From an uncultured delta proteobacterium (GTDB lineage: Bacteria; Myxococcota_A; Polyangia; Polyangiales; Polyangiaceae), in contig CAWJCS010000003.1 of the NCBI GenBank assembly GCA_963841435.1, forward strand, positions 928,001 through 992,000: a DNA stretch of 64,000 nt. The letters run 5' to 3'. Within the stretch, counting starts at the first letter, position 1. Each line of letters opens with the position of its first letter. This document shows, one piece after another, positions 9,327-18,628 of the stretch. Under the pieces are notes generated by a model. That model searched no databases. It was given only the letters and a program-made list of their open reading frames with translations, and was not told the DNA's origin. The position numbers and the translations under genes are program-made.

Positions 9327-9878
9327 TCAGCTCTCGCGCAGCTTGAACTTCGCGGTGACCTTGACCTTCGTGTCGGTGCACACGCCGAGGTAGCAGGGCT
9401 TCTCGATGCCGTGGTCGGTGATGTTGACCTCGAAGTTGCCGTTGACGAGCAGGTCGCTGCCGAGCCGCTTCACGGTGTAGTTGAACTTCTTGTCCTTCGT
9501 AACGCCGTGGAGGCGGAACTTGCCGGTGGCGCTGCCCGAAACCTCTTGCTTGTCGGCAGGCATCTTGATGGCGCTCTTCTCGACGGTGAGGCTTGCGTCG
9601 GGGAACTGCTCGACGCCGAGGTAGCGCCCCGTGTGCTTGTCCCTGAGGCCGATGCCCGTCTTCAGGTTCTTGAGCGACGCCTTGAGGACGAGCTTGCCGC
9701 CATCCTCCGCTGCCGTGAGCTGGTTGCCGTGACCGTTGATCTTGAGACCGCCCGGCCCGGTGGCAGTGAACGTCACGTCCGGCTTGTCGATGACTTTCAG
9801 GGAGGAGGCCGCAGCAACGGCCGCGAAAGTGAGCGCGGCGAGCGCGGGTGCGAAGCGAGCAATACCGAAACGGGCCAT
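9327..9878 (-). CDS. YceI-family (lipid/polyisoprenoid-binding) periplasmic protein
   Basis: LKTGIGLRDKH, FPDASL, GKFRLHGVTK, FEVNITDHGI; signal peptide; AAGGAG RBS. Confidence 0.88.
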   Translation of the reverse strand: MARFGIARFAPALAALTFAAVAAASSLKVIDKPDVTFTATGPGGLKINGHGNQLTAAEDGGKLVLKASLKNLKTGIGLRDKHTGRYLGVEQFPDASLTVEKSAIKMPADKQEVSGSATGKFRLHGVTKDKKFNYTVKRLGSDLLVNGNFEVNITDHGIEKPCYLGVCTDTKVKVTAKFKLRES

Positions 9879-10055
9879 CCAACAGTTCTCCTTGACCTTG
9901 TTCACTCTGGAATGCCCGGCGCCTTCAGCGCCGGGTCCACGAATCCACAAAACGTACTACGGGGCATCGGGGCGACGGATTCCCTAGAATATTAAGTAAG
10001 AGTGTTTTCCACATCTTAGCGAATCATGTTTTTATGTGAATGGAATTTTATTTCG

Positions 10056-10697
10056 TCAGGAAGGGACGAGCGGGGCGTAGAGCGCCGCTCGGCGCTCCTT
10101 GCCGCAGAGCGGCCACCGAAACGCCACCTCCCGGACCAGGGACCAGCCCTCTCGGGCAGGGAGCGCCCCCCGCGCCATGAGCACCCAGACTCCCCGGCGC
10201 GCAATGCGAGCCCCCTCGGCCAGCCACTCGGGCGGAGGCAGCGTCGCACGCGAGATGGCCACGTCGAACGACGCCGCCGCGAGCGACTCCGAGCGGGCGC
10301 GCTCGACGCGCACCGAAAGCGGCGCGAGGGACGCCAGGGTCGTGCGCAGAAACGCGACGCGCTTGGCGCGCGGCTCGAGCAGCGTCATGTCGAGGTCGGG
10401 TCGGAGCAGGCCGAGGCCGAGACCGGGGGCGCCGATGCCGCTTCCCACGTCTACCCAGCGTTCTTCGCGCGCCACGAGACCGGAGGCGACGATGGCGGCC
10501 GCGTCGGCGAACAGCAGGTCGACGAGCTCCCCTGGGTCGCTCACGCTCGTGAGATCGATGCGCGCGTTCCAGGTGACCGCCCGCTCGACGAACGTCACGG
10601 CCCGAGCCACGAGGGGCGACCCCTCTTCGGAAAGGAGGCCGAACGCCCCGAACTCGCGTGCGACGAGCGCGGAAAAGTCGGGACCCGAGTTGGCCAA
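10056..10697 (-). CDS. rsmG: 16S rRNA m7G527 methyltransferase
   Basis: WNARIDLTS, VDVGSGIGAPGL, LLEPRAKRVAFL, DVAISRA. Confidence 0.88.
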   Translation of the reverse strand: MANSGPDFSALVAREFGAFGLLSEEGSPLVARAVTFVERAVTWNARIDLTSVSDPGELVDLLFADAAAIVASGLVAREERWVDVGSGIGAPGLGLGLLRPDLDMTLLEPRAKRVAFLRTTLASLAPLSVRVERARSESLAAASFDVAISRATLPPPEWLAEGARIARRGVWVLMARGALPAREGWSLVREVAFRWPLCGKERRAALYAPLVPS

Positions 10698-10725
10698 GGG
10701 CCCAAGAGTACTCTAGGAAGAGCGC

Positions 10726-11772
10726 ATGGTGCCCGCCGACGCAGCGCCGCCCTTCGGGGACGTGGCGTTGGAGCTCCTTGGTCGGGTCACGGGGCGCGCG
10801 GGGCCATTCGCGCTGACCGAGCTCGCAGGCGGCGCGTCGCCGCGGCGCTTTCTGCGCGTCGAGCTCGGTCCCGGGCAGCACGCCGTGCTCATGGTCGTCC
10901 CGCCCGAAACGCCCGACGTGGCGTTCGCCCGCGAGCGCGGTCGCCCCTGGCCGTTTCTCGAAGTGCGTGAGCTGCTCGAAAGCCGGGCCGTGCGCGTGCC
11001 TCGTCTGCTCGCCGAAGACCTCGCGCGCGGCCTTTTGCTCGTCGAGGACCTCGGGGTCACGCTCGCCGAGCACCTCGAACGCCGGCCTTTCGATCGCGAG
11101 CGACTCTACCGGCGCGCCGTGGTCGACCTCGCACGCGCGCAGGCGGCGCTCGAGCCGCTCCCCGAGGGGTCCGTCGTCGGCGAGCGGGGCTTCGACGAAA
11201 CGCTGTTTCGCGCGGAGCTCGAGCATTTCTGGGAATGGGCCGTCGTGGCGCGTGGCGTCGCGGGCGGCGCGCGGGCGGACTTCGACCGCGCCGTCGCGTG
11301 GCTGCTCGCAGAGCTCCTCGCGCTGCCTCGCGGCTTCTGCCATCGCGACTATCAGAGCCGCAACCTCATGGTGCTCGAAGCCGAGCGCGGCGACACCGAG
11401 CTCGCGTGGATCGATTTCCAGGACGCGCTGCTCGGGCCGCGCGCCTACGATCTCGTCGCGTTGCTCTGCGACAGCTACCAGCCGTTCGACCTCGCGTTCG
11501 TCGACGCGAGGCTCGACGACTACGCGGCGGCGCGCGAGCTCGACGCGACGGAGCGGCTCACGCTCGGTCGCGAGTTTGCGCTGCTCGCCGTGCAGCGCAA
11601 ACTAAAGGACGCCGGGCGCTTCGTGTTCATGGAGCGCCGGCGAGGCGATCCGAGCTTCCTCCCCTTCGTTGACCCGACGCTCGCGATGGTGCTCGCCGTG
11701 CTCGAGCGCCTCGGCGAGAGCGCCGTGCTCGGTGGCCTCGCGGCGCTCGTGCGGACCGCTCAGGGGCGCTGA
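10726..11772 (+). CDS. APH-family phosphotransferase, AmgK-like (MurNAc/GlcNAc anomeric kinase)
   Basis: GGASPRRFLR, LLVEDLG, CHRDYQSRNLM, IDFQDALLGPRAYDLVALL, QRKLKDAGRF. Confidence 0.85.
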   Translation: MVPADAAPPFGDVALELLGRVTGRAGPFALTELAGGASPRRFLRVELGPGQHAVLMVVPPETPDVAFARERGRPWPFLEVRELLESRAVRVPRLLAEDLARGLLLVEDLGVTLAEHLERRPFDRERLYRRAVVDLARAQAALEPLPEGSVVGERGFDETLFRAELEHFWEWAVVARGVAGGARADFDRAVAWLLAELLALPRGFCHRDYQSRNLMVLEAERGDTELAWIDFQDALLGPRAYDLVALLCDSYQPFDLAFVDARLDDYAAARELDATERLTLGREFALLAVQRKLKDAGRFVFMERRRGDPSFLPFVDPTLAMVLAVLERLGESAVLGGLAALVRTAQGR

Positions 11773-12696
11773 CCGGGCGGCGGAGGTGAGCTCGGATGGA
11801 GCGGCGCCCACACGTCGTCGAGCGCGCCGTCACAGAAAAGCAGCCAGCTCTGGTCCGGCAGCCCGACGCGGGCGGCGACCTCCCGAAGCACGCCGAGCGC
11901 GCGCTCGACCCCGTCGAGCGCCAGGTCCACGTACGAGTAGCGCACACCGACACCGCCTCCCACGACGCGCCCGCAGCGCTCCGACACGAGCGCCGCGTCG
12001 AGCGCGTCCTCGAGCACGCGGCGTGCCGACAGCGCGAGCCGCGGCTCGAGCTCCTTGCTCTTGACCTTGAGATAGCAGAAGAGCTCGCCGTGCCTGGAGA
12101 ACCGGCGCGACGCGAACGGCGCTCCACTCAGAAAGCACTTGAGCATCTCCGGCATGAACGTCGAGCAGAGCGCCACGTCGGTCTGAGCCGGGTAGTCGCG
12201 GGCGGGCTCGACGTTCGAGCTCGAGCAACGTCCAGCGCTGCTCGCCACCGAGCGCCCAGAGCGGACACGCCGGCAGGCCCTCGTAGAGACCCGAAACGGC
12301 GCGCGCGCACGTAGCGGGCAGCTCGGCGACGGGCCAGAACCTCGGGGCCCCCGCTTCCGCTTGCAGCACCGCGAGCGCGCCGCCGCGCGGAGCGGGCTGC
12401 ACGGCGAGCTCACCGACGAAGTCGTTGACGAAGGCGTCTCCAGCGAGCCCGCGCACGAGCTCGGCGGCGGCGGCGTGCTCGGTGTCGGTGCCGCGCCCGC
12501 CGGGTAGCTCGATGAGCACGTCGAGCAGGTGCCCCCGCGCGAACCCGGTGCGGGCGCGGGCGCGCGAAAGATCGATGCCGGTCCGTTCCTGCGTGCGCCC
12601 GACGGCCGCGTCGAAGTCGACCGCAGCACGCCCGCGCTCCGGCGACAGACGCAAAAGGAGGTCTCGCTCGGGGGGCAGAGCGCTCGGCGTCGGCAT
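11760..12696 (-). CDS. Hypothetical protein, frameshift near 12214
   Basis: Protein-like N-terminal half in the 11830..12696 frame and C-terminal half in the 11760..12629 frame (GRVVGGGVGVRYSYVDLAL). Confidence 0.65.
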
Positions 12697-12701
12697 GGCG
12701 A

Positions 12702-13316
12702 TCAGTGCACCTGGTGGCGCGCCTTCTTCTTCTTCTTGCTCTTCTTCGGGCCGAGCTCGAGCACTTCGGCGCGGACCTCGGCGACGCCGCGCCTCAACAT
12801 GCCGAGCTGCTCGGCGGCAGACGTTGAAAGGTCGAGAATCCTTCGGGATTTTCCGAAAGGCCCGCGGTCGTTCACGCGCACGTAAACGACGGCGCCCGTG
12901 TCGATGCGAATCACGCGCAACACCGTGCCGAATGGCAGCGTTCGATGCGCCGCCGTCGGCAGCGCCGGGTCGAAGACCTCGCCGCTCGCCGTCTTGCGCC
13001 CGGCGAACGCCGCGCCGTAGTACGACGCTTCGCCGCGCAGCACGCGGCGCGCGGAGCGCCCGCGGTAGGTCGCCTCGAGCTCGCGTGGGTTCCGCGAGGG
13101 CGCGGGTGGCGGCCGGCGCTCGCTCGTTCGCCCAGCCTTCGCCGCGGTCGGGGGCGACGGGGGTCCGGGCTCGGGCTCCGCTGCAACCGTGGGGGCGGCG
13201 CTCGCGGTGTGCGGGAGCGGCGGCGGCGTCTTGCAGGAGAGCACCACGAGCCCGACACCGAAGTGGAAGGCGCGCCTGATGTCACCGGCGCTGACGCGTG
13301 ACACACTCGGTAGCAT
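12702..13316 (-). CDS. rlpA: Septal ring lytic transglycosylase RlpA-family lipoprotein
   Basis: GEASYYG..TASGE..TAAHRTLPFGT..VRVNDRGPF..ILDLS; lipobox VLSC. Confidence 0.93.
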   Translation of the reverse strand: MLPSVSRVSAGDIRRAFHFGVGLVVLSCKTPPPLPHTASAAPTVAAEPEPGPPSPPTAAKAGRTSERRPPPAPSRNPRELEATYRGRSARRVLRGEASYYGAAFAGRKTASGEVFDPALPTAAHRTLPFGTVLRVIRIDTGAVVYVRVNDRGPFGKSRRILDLSTSAAEQLGMLRRGVAEVRAEVLELGPKKSKKKKKARHQVH

Positions 13317-13423
13317 CGGACGAGACTACCGCGAACGACACGACGCCCGAAACCCCGTCCGGAGGGACGCACGCGAAGCCGCGGCAGCCGGGCGGGAACG
13401 GAGGGCCCCGCGAGCTCTCGGGC

Positions 13424-14032
13424 TCAGTCGATGAACGGGCCGGGGTCGCCAGCGCCCTCGCGCACGACCTTCGGCATGTTACCCGTGAGGTCGACGACCG
13501 TGGTCGGCTCGGTGCCGCCGGGACCGGCGTCGAGCACGAGCGCGAGACCCGGAAACTCGTCGTCGAGCTCGCGTGGATCGAGGTGCGGTACCTGACCATG
13601 GCGAGCCGCGGTGCTCGAGATGATCGGACGCCCGAGCTCGGTCACGAGCGCGAGGGCGACCGGGTGATTGGGGATGCGCACGCCGACCGTCCTGCGCGGC
13701 GTCTGCACGATGCGCGGCACCTCGCGCGTGGCCTCGAGGATGAAGCAGTAGGGCCCCGGCAAAAATTCCTTGAGCGTGTGGAAGACGCGATCGTGCATGA
13801 CGGCGTAACGCGCCACCTCCGTGAGATCGCGACACACGAAGGAGAGCATGTGGCTCTTGTCCATGCCCTTGATCTGATAGAGGCGGTCGACGGCCTTCTT
13901 GTTCATGAGATCGCAGCCGAGGCCATAAACGGTATCCGTCGGATAAGCGATGACCTCGCCCGCCTCGAGCGCATCGACGGCGCGGCGGATTTTACGCGGT
14001 TCTGGCCCCGTTGGGTTGATCTCGAGCAGCAT
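13424..14032 (-). CDS. Sua5/YciO/YrdC family protein (YciO-like)
   Basis: IAYPTDTVYGLGC, LPGPYCFIL, VGVRIP, ISSTA, PTTVVDL, VREGAG. Confidence 0.92.
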   Translation of the reverse strand: MLLEINPTGPEPRKIRRAVDALEAGEVIAYPTDTVYGLGCDLMNKKAVDRLYQIKGMDKSHMLSFVCRDLTEVARYAVMHDRVFHTLKEFLPGPYCFILEATREVPRIVQTPRRTVGVRIPNHPVALALVTELGRPIISSTAARHGQVPHLDPRELDDEFPGLALVLDAGPGGTEPTTVVDLTGNMPKVVREGAGDPGPFID

Positions 14033-14036
14033 GGGC

Positions 14037-16073
14037 TCACGCTTCGATCTCGAGCAGCCGCGTCGTTCGCGGCAGAAGCTCGATGTCGAACGCGCCGACG
14101 CTAGCACGGAAGTCACGGCCGTCGAGCAAGTCCACGGCACGCGACACCCCTCGTAGCTCGACCCTGGCGAGCAGCGAGTGCTCGGTCGCGTTGATCACGA
14201 ACAAGACACGCGGCCGCCCTTCGCGGTCCACGTGCACGGTCGCGCGTGCCGCCTCGGGTGTCACTCTCAGCGTGGGGAGGGAAAGCTTGTCGCGCGCGCG
14301 CGAAACCGCGTGCGCGATGGCCTCGTCGTCGAACGGCAAGACCGGCGGCACCGCGTCCGAAGGCGACGCGGAAAGCTCGAGCGGCCGAGCGAGCGGTCGG
14401 AACGAACCGTCGAGGACTGGGGCGTGGGGCCCCAGCGTCACGGCGCGGCCCTGCGCGCGGACCTTTACGACGCGCTCGAAGAGCGCCGGGTCGAGCGCGC
14501 CCGGGCAGGCAATCAGCGTCCAGCGAGCGATTTTGAGAGAATGACGTGCCACGTCGTCGCTGGAAAAGGCGTACGGCAGATGCTCGCGCTCGAGCGCTGC
14601 CTCGAACCGCTCGAGGAACAGCGCGGTCTCGACCGCGCGCGGCGAGCCGAGCCCGAGCTCGTCCTCGAAACAGGCGTCGTCGGCACCGCCGCCCAGGACT
14701 TGCAGCGCCGCCGCGCTGAGCGGCCCGAAGGCGTGCATGACGCGAGCGAGACGGCGGAACGCGCGCGGCACCATGACGTGCACGGGGGCCTCGCGCGAGA
14801 GCTCCCAGAAGCGCACCTTCGTGAGCGCGGCGGCGAGACGTTGCCAAGCGTCGGCGCTCGGACGCTCGCGCCCCGTGCGGTCGAACGGCGCCCCGATCCA
14901 GCGATCGCGCTCGACGGTCATGTAGAGGTTGTAGCCGCGCAAGCCGTAGGCGAGCGCCGTGAGTGCCGTGAACGCGTTGTCTTCTTCGCCGAGCGGCGCG
15001 AAAAACGGTGGGAAGCCCGCGCCGAGCTCGCACGCGAACGCCGCATGGCCGCGCGCCGCCGAGCGCACGGCGAGCTCGGAGGTGCGGCGTGCGATCTCGG
15101 CGCGCTGCGGCGGGGAGGCGCCGTGGTAGTAGTCGAGTCCGAGAAGCTCGATGGCGTTGCCGACGCGACCCGGATCGAGTGGCGTCGCGGCCTCGCTGAG
15201 CGGCAGGTTGTGGGTCGTGGGGATGCCCGATAGGCCCGCCCGCTCGAGCCCGCGGCGAAAGCGCTCGAGCGCCGTGGCGAGCAAGACCTCCTGGAATTCC
15301 GCCCAATCGAGGTGCCGCGCGAGATCCGCGCTCGTGTTCGCGTGGAAACGGCGCGGGGGCTCGACGTTGAAGAACGTCACGCCCGGATCCCCGAGCGCCT
15401 CGCGCAGCCGCTCGACCTTGCCGTACTTGTCGCCGAGAAACGCGCGGAACAGGGCCACGGCATCGTGGTGGTAGTCCTGGTCGTAGACGCCGTCGCGAAA
15501 GTACATGGCCCCCTCGTTGTCGACCTGGAGCAAGACGATGGGGCCGCGAGGCCAGACGAGCGGCGCAAGCTCCCGGCCGACGGCTTCGAACCAGAAACCC
15601 GCCTCGGTGTGGAACGCCTCGCTCGCGTAGCTCGGCACCGGAAACGCGAGCGGTGGCACGGGGAGGGCGACGGGCTTCCCCCCCGCCGAGACCGCCTGGC
15701 ACTCCTTGTTCCAGATCACGCGCTCGGGGATGCCGAAGAACGTGAGCTCCGCGTTCACGTGCGGACCCGGCCGGGCAATCACCTTGAGGCCGAGCTCGCC
15801 CGCGAGGCGCACGAAACGCGTGACGTCACGGCGCGGATCGTGTTTGCCGAAGTCGAACTCGCCCGCCGCCCGCTCGTGGAGCCCCCACGGCACGTAGGTG
15901 TCGACGAGCCCGCAGCCGAGGCTCTTGACGGCCTCGAGCGCGGGACGCCATGCGTCGGGATCGAGGTGGAAATAGTGGACGCTCCCCACGAGGAGCGGGA
16001 GGACCTCCCGCCCCAGCCGCAAACCTTCCGGGACGAGCTCGATCCCCGAGTCTTGGCCCGCACGGCGGCTCAT
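14037..16073 (-). CDS. Beta-galactosidase (GH35-like N-terminal domain)
   Basis: GSVHYFH, TYVPWGLHE, ARPGPHVNAE, LQVDNEG, ACELGAG. Confidence 0.85.
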   Translation of the reverse strand: MSRRAGQDSGIELVPEGLRLGREVLPLLVGSVHYFHLDPDAWRPALEAVKSLGCGLVDTYVPWGLHERAAGEFDFGKHDPRRDVTRFVRLAGELGLKVIARPGPHVNAELTFFGIPERVIWNKECQAVSAGGKPVALPVPPLAFPVPSYASEAFHTEAGFWFEAVGRELAPLVWPRGPIVLLQVDNEGAMYFRDGVYDQDYHHDAVALFRAFLGDKYGKVERLREALGDPGVTFFNVEPPRRFHANTSADLARHLDWAEFQEVLLATALERFRRGLERAGLSGIPTTHNLPLSEAATPLDPGRVGNAIELLGLDYYHGASPPQRAEIARRTSELAVRSAARGHAAFACELGAGFPPFFAPLGEEDNAFTALTALAYGLRGYNLYMTVERDRWIGAPFDRTGRERPSADAWQRLAAALTKVRFWELSREAPVHVMVPRAFRRLARVMHAFGPLSAAALQVLGGGADDACFEDELGLGSPRAVETALFLERFEAALEREHLPYAFSSDDVARHSLKIARWTLIACPGALDPALFERVVKVRAQGRAVTLGPHAPVLDGSFRPLARPLELSASPSDAVPPVLPFDDEAIAHAVSRARDKLSLPTLRVTPEAARATVHVDREGRPRVLFVINATEHSLLARVELRGVSRAVDLLDGRDFRASVGAFDIELLPRTTRLLEIEA

Positions 16074-16207
16074 GGCGGCGCGAGGCTAGCACCCCCGGGT
16101 GATTGGGCGATGGGGGGGGCGGCGACGGGCCGATGACGGGCGGCAACCGGACGGCAAAACTCCGGGGATTGATCCGCGAAACGCGTAGCGCTAAAGATCC
16201 CGACCCC

Positions 16208-16513
16208 ATGACCTTCGTCGTCACCGACAACTGCAAGGGCTGCCGTTTTACGGATTGCGTCGCCGTCTGCCCGGTGGACTGCTTCCATGCCGACGCCGAG
16301 ATGCTCTACATCGATCCAGGCGAGTGCATCGACTGTGGTGCCTGCGTGCCGGAATGCCCGGTCGAAGCCATTTACGACGAGTCGCAGCTGCCCGACGACA
16401 AGCAGAGCTGGATCAAGCTCAACGCGGACAAGGCGCCGAGTCTGCCGGTCATCAATCAGAAGGGTGACCCGGCCCCCGGCGCCGAAGAGCGCAAGCAGGC
16501 CCTCGGCTTCTGA
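16208..16513 (+). CDS. fdxA: 7Fe/8Fe ferredoxin (FdxA type)
   Basis: CKGCRFTDCVAVCPVDC and CIDCGACVPECPVEAI. Confidence 0.93.
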   Translation: MTFVVTDNCKGCRFTDCVAVCPVDCFHADAEMLYIDPGECIDCGACVPECPVEAIYDESQLPDDKQSWIKLNADKAPSLPVINQKGDPAPGAEERKQALGF

Positions 16514-16523
16514 CGGGACGCCT

Positions 16524-17441
16524 TCAGCGACCGAGCCCGTAGTGCTCGAGCAGGTCGTCGAGCGCCCGGGAGAGGGTGAAGCGCGGGGCCCACTCGACGG
16601 CCGCGCGGATCTTGCCGATGTCGGCAACCAGCAGCTCCCGATCGACGGGGCGCAAGCGCGACGGATCCACGGCGACGCTGAGGGGGCGACCGAGCTTTTC
16701 TCGCAACAGGTCCATGATCTCGGCCACGGAGTACGCCGTTCCCGAGCCCACGTTGAACGCCTCGCAGCCCCGAGCGCGCTCGGCAAGCCTCAGGATGGCG
16801 CCGGCGATGTCGCGCGTGTCCACGTAGTCGCGGCGCGCGGCAGTGTTGCCGAGCGGGACGTGGTCGCTCGTCTTCAGCGTGTCGAGGATGTGGGGGAAGA
16901 CGTGGGGGTTCGTCTCGCGGGCGCCGACGGCGTTGAAGATCCGCAGGAGGACCGCGGTGGCGCCGGACTCGGCGTGATACTCGCGAACCAGGGTTTCCCC
17001 CTCCGCCTTCGATTCGCCGTACACGTCGCAGGGCTCGACCCTCGAGGTCGCCTCGTTGCAGACCACGGTGTCGGGCGCGTAGACGGCGGCACTCGACGCG
17101 AACAGGACACCGGGCGCACCCGCGCCCTTGGCGGCGTCGAGCACGCTGCGCGTCCCGTCCACGTTGATGGACCGGGTCTCCTCGGGTCGCGCCACGCAAT
17201 CCGGGATGAAGTGGAGCGCCGCGAGGTGCACCACCCAGTCGGCGCGCGCGTCAACCATGGCGCGTTCGACGCGGTCCTGATCGCGCACGTCGCCCTCGAC
17301 GACGCCGACACCCGCCGGCAAGTAGTCGCGGCGACCGCGCACGAAGCTGTCGTAGACGACGAGCTCGTGACCGCTCGCCACGAGCTCGTCCGAAAGCGCA
17401 GAGCCGATGAAGCCCGCTCCGCCCGTCACGAAGAACCTCAC
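16524..17441 (-). CDS. NAD-dependent nucleotide-sugar epimerase/dehydratase (GalE-like SDR)
   Basis: VTGGAGFIGS, HLAA, ASSAAVY, YGESK, RDYVD; GTGA overlap with the upstream gene. Confidence 0.9.
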   Translation of the reverse strand: MRFFVTGGAGFIGSALSDELVASGHELVVYDSFVRGRRDYLPAGVGVVEGDVRDQDRVERAMVDARADWVVHLAALHFIPDCVARPEETRSINVDGTRSVLDAAKGAGAPGVLFASSAAVYAPDTVVCNEATSRVEPCDVYGESKAEGETLVREYHAESGATAVLLRIFNAVGARETNPHVFPHILDTLKTSDHVPLGNTAARRDYVDTRDIAGAILRLAERARGCEAFNVGSGTAYSVAEIMDLLREKLGRPLSVAVDPSRLRPVDRELLVADIGKIRAAVEWAPRFTLSRALDDLLEHYGLGR

Positions 17442-18628
17442 CGCCGCCCCCGCTTCAAAAGCTCGGTGTAGACGCGGTAATAGCCCTCGGCCATCGCCGA
17501 CAGAGAATACTTCTCCTCGACGACGCGGCGCCCCGCGCGCTTCATGTCTGGCAGCCTCGCACGCGCGCCGATGAGCTCTTTTAGCACGGCCTTCACGCCG
17601 CCGACGCTTTCGGGGTCGCGAACGAGGAGCCCCGTGACGCCCGGCGTGACGGGCTCGCGCACGCCGGGGCGGTCGGAAACCAGGCACGCGAGACCGCACG
17701 ACATGGCCTCGAGCGTCGCGACCGAGAGCCCTTCGCGGGTCGAGAGCTGCACGAACACGTCGGCCTGCGTCAGGAGCTCGCGCTTGTGCGCCTCGTCGAC
17801 GAAGCCGAGAAAGCGCGTCGCTCCGCTGCTCGCGCTCGCGAGGCGCGCCACCTCCCCTTCGCTGGGTCCGGTTCCGGCGATGACGAGCTTCAGGCGTGTC
17901 TCGCCCTCGCGCACGAGTGACTCCACGGCCTCGATGAGGATGGGAATGTTCTTGCGCGGCACGATGCGCGAAATCGACGTGAGCGTGATCACGTCGGTTT
18001 CGGGGCGCTCGCTGGGACAATAGAGTGCCGTATCGACGCCGTTCGGCACGACGAACACCTCCCGCACACCCATGTTGCCGCGCAGGTAGTCGGCGAGGTC
18101 CTCGCTCACGCTCACCACGACGTCGGCTTTGGCGAGCACGGCGCGCGTCAGGGGCTCGAGCGCGCGCGGCAGCTCGTACACGTCCGCGTTGCCATGCACC
18201 GTCACGACGAGCGGCCAGTGCCCGAAGGGCTTCATGGCGATCACCCCCAGCCCGAGCGGCAGCGGGAAATGCAGGTGCACGAGATCCACGCCCGAGGTCA
18301 GTCGCTTGAGCGGGCGCATGCAACCGAGCGCGTCGAGCACGGCGACGCACGCCTTGGCGGGAAACGGGACGTGATGGGCGCCCGTCGCGTAGTCCTTCCA
18401 GCGCTCGGGCGCGATGTTCGGATAGCGGTGCACCCCGAGGTCGTCATAGCGCTCGTAGCGCGGGCTGCCGGCGTACCCTCGCGTCAAGACGACGTTCTCG
18501 ATGCGATCGCCGAGGCCGTGGGCGATGGCGGCCAGCACCATCTGCGCGCCACCCTGGCGCGGCCAAAACGTCGGGATGAGCGACATCACGCGGATGGGCC
18601 GCGCGGCTTCGGCGAGCCCGACCGTCAT
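17438..18628 (-). CDS. Glycosyltransferase family 4
   Basis: GGAQ, VTVHG, VPNGVD, ISRIVPRKN, EGLSVATLEAMSCG. Confidence 0.9.
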   Translation of the reverse strand: MTVGLAEAARPIRVMSLIPTFWPRQGGAQMVLAAIAHGLGDRIENVVLTRGYAGSPRYERYDDLGVHRYPNIAPERWKDYATGAHHVPFPAKACVAVLDALGCMRPLKRLTSGVDLVHLHFPLPLGLGVIAMKPFGHWPLVVTVHGNADVYELPRALEPLTRAVLAKADVVVSVSEDLADYLRGNMGVREVFVVPNGVDTALYCPSERPETDVITLTSISRIVPRKNIPILIEAVESLVREGETRLKLVIAGTGPSEGEVARLASASSGATRFLGFVDEAHKRELLTQADVFVQLSTREGLSVATLEAMSCGLACLVSDRPGVREPVTPGVTGLLVRDPESVGGVKAVLKELIGARARLPDMKRAGRRVVEEKYSLSAMAEGYYRVYTELLKRGRR

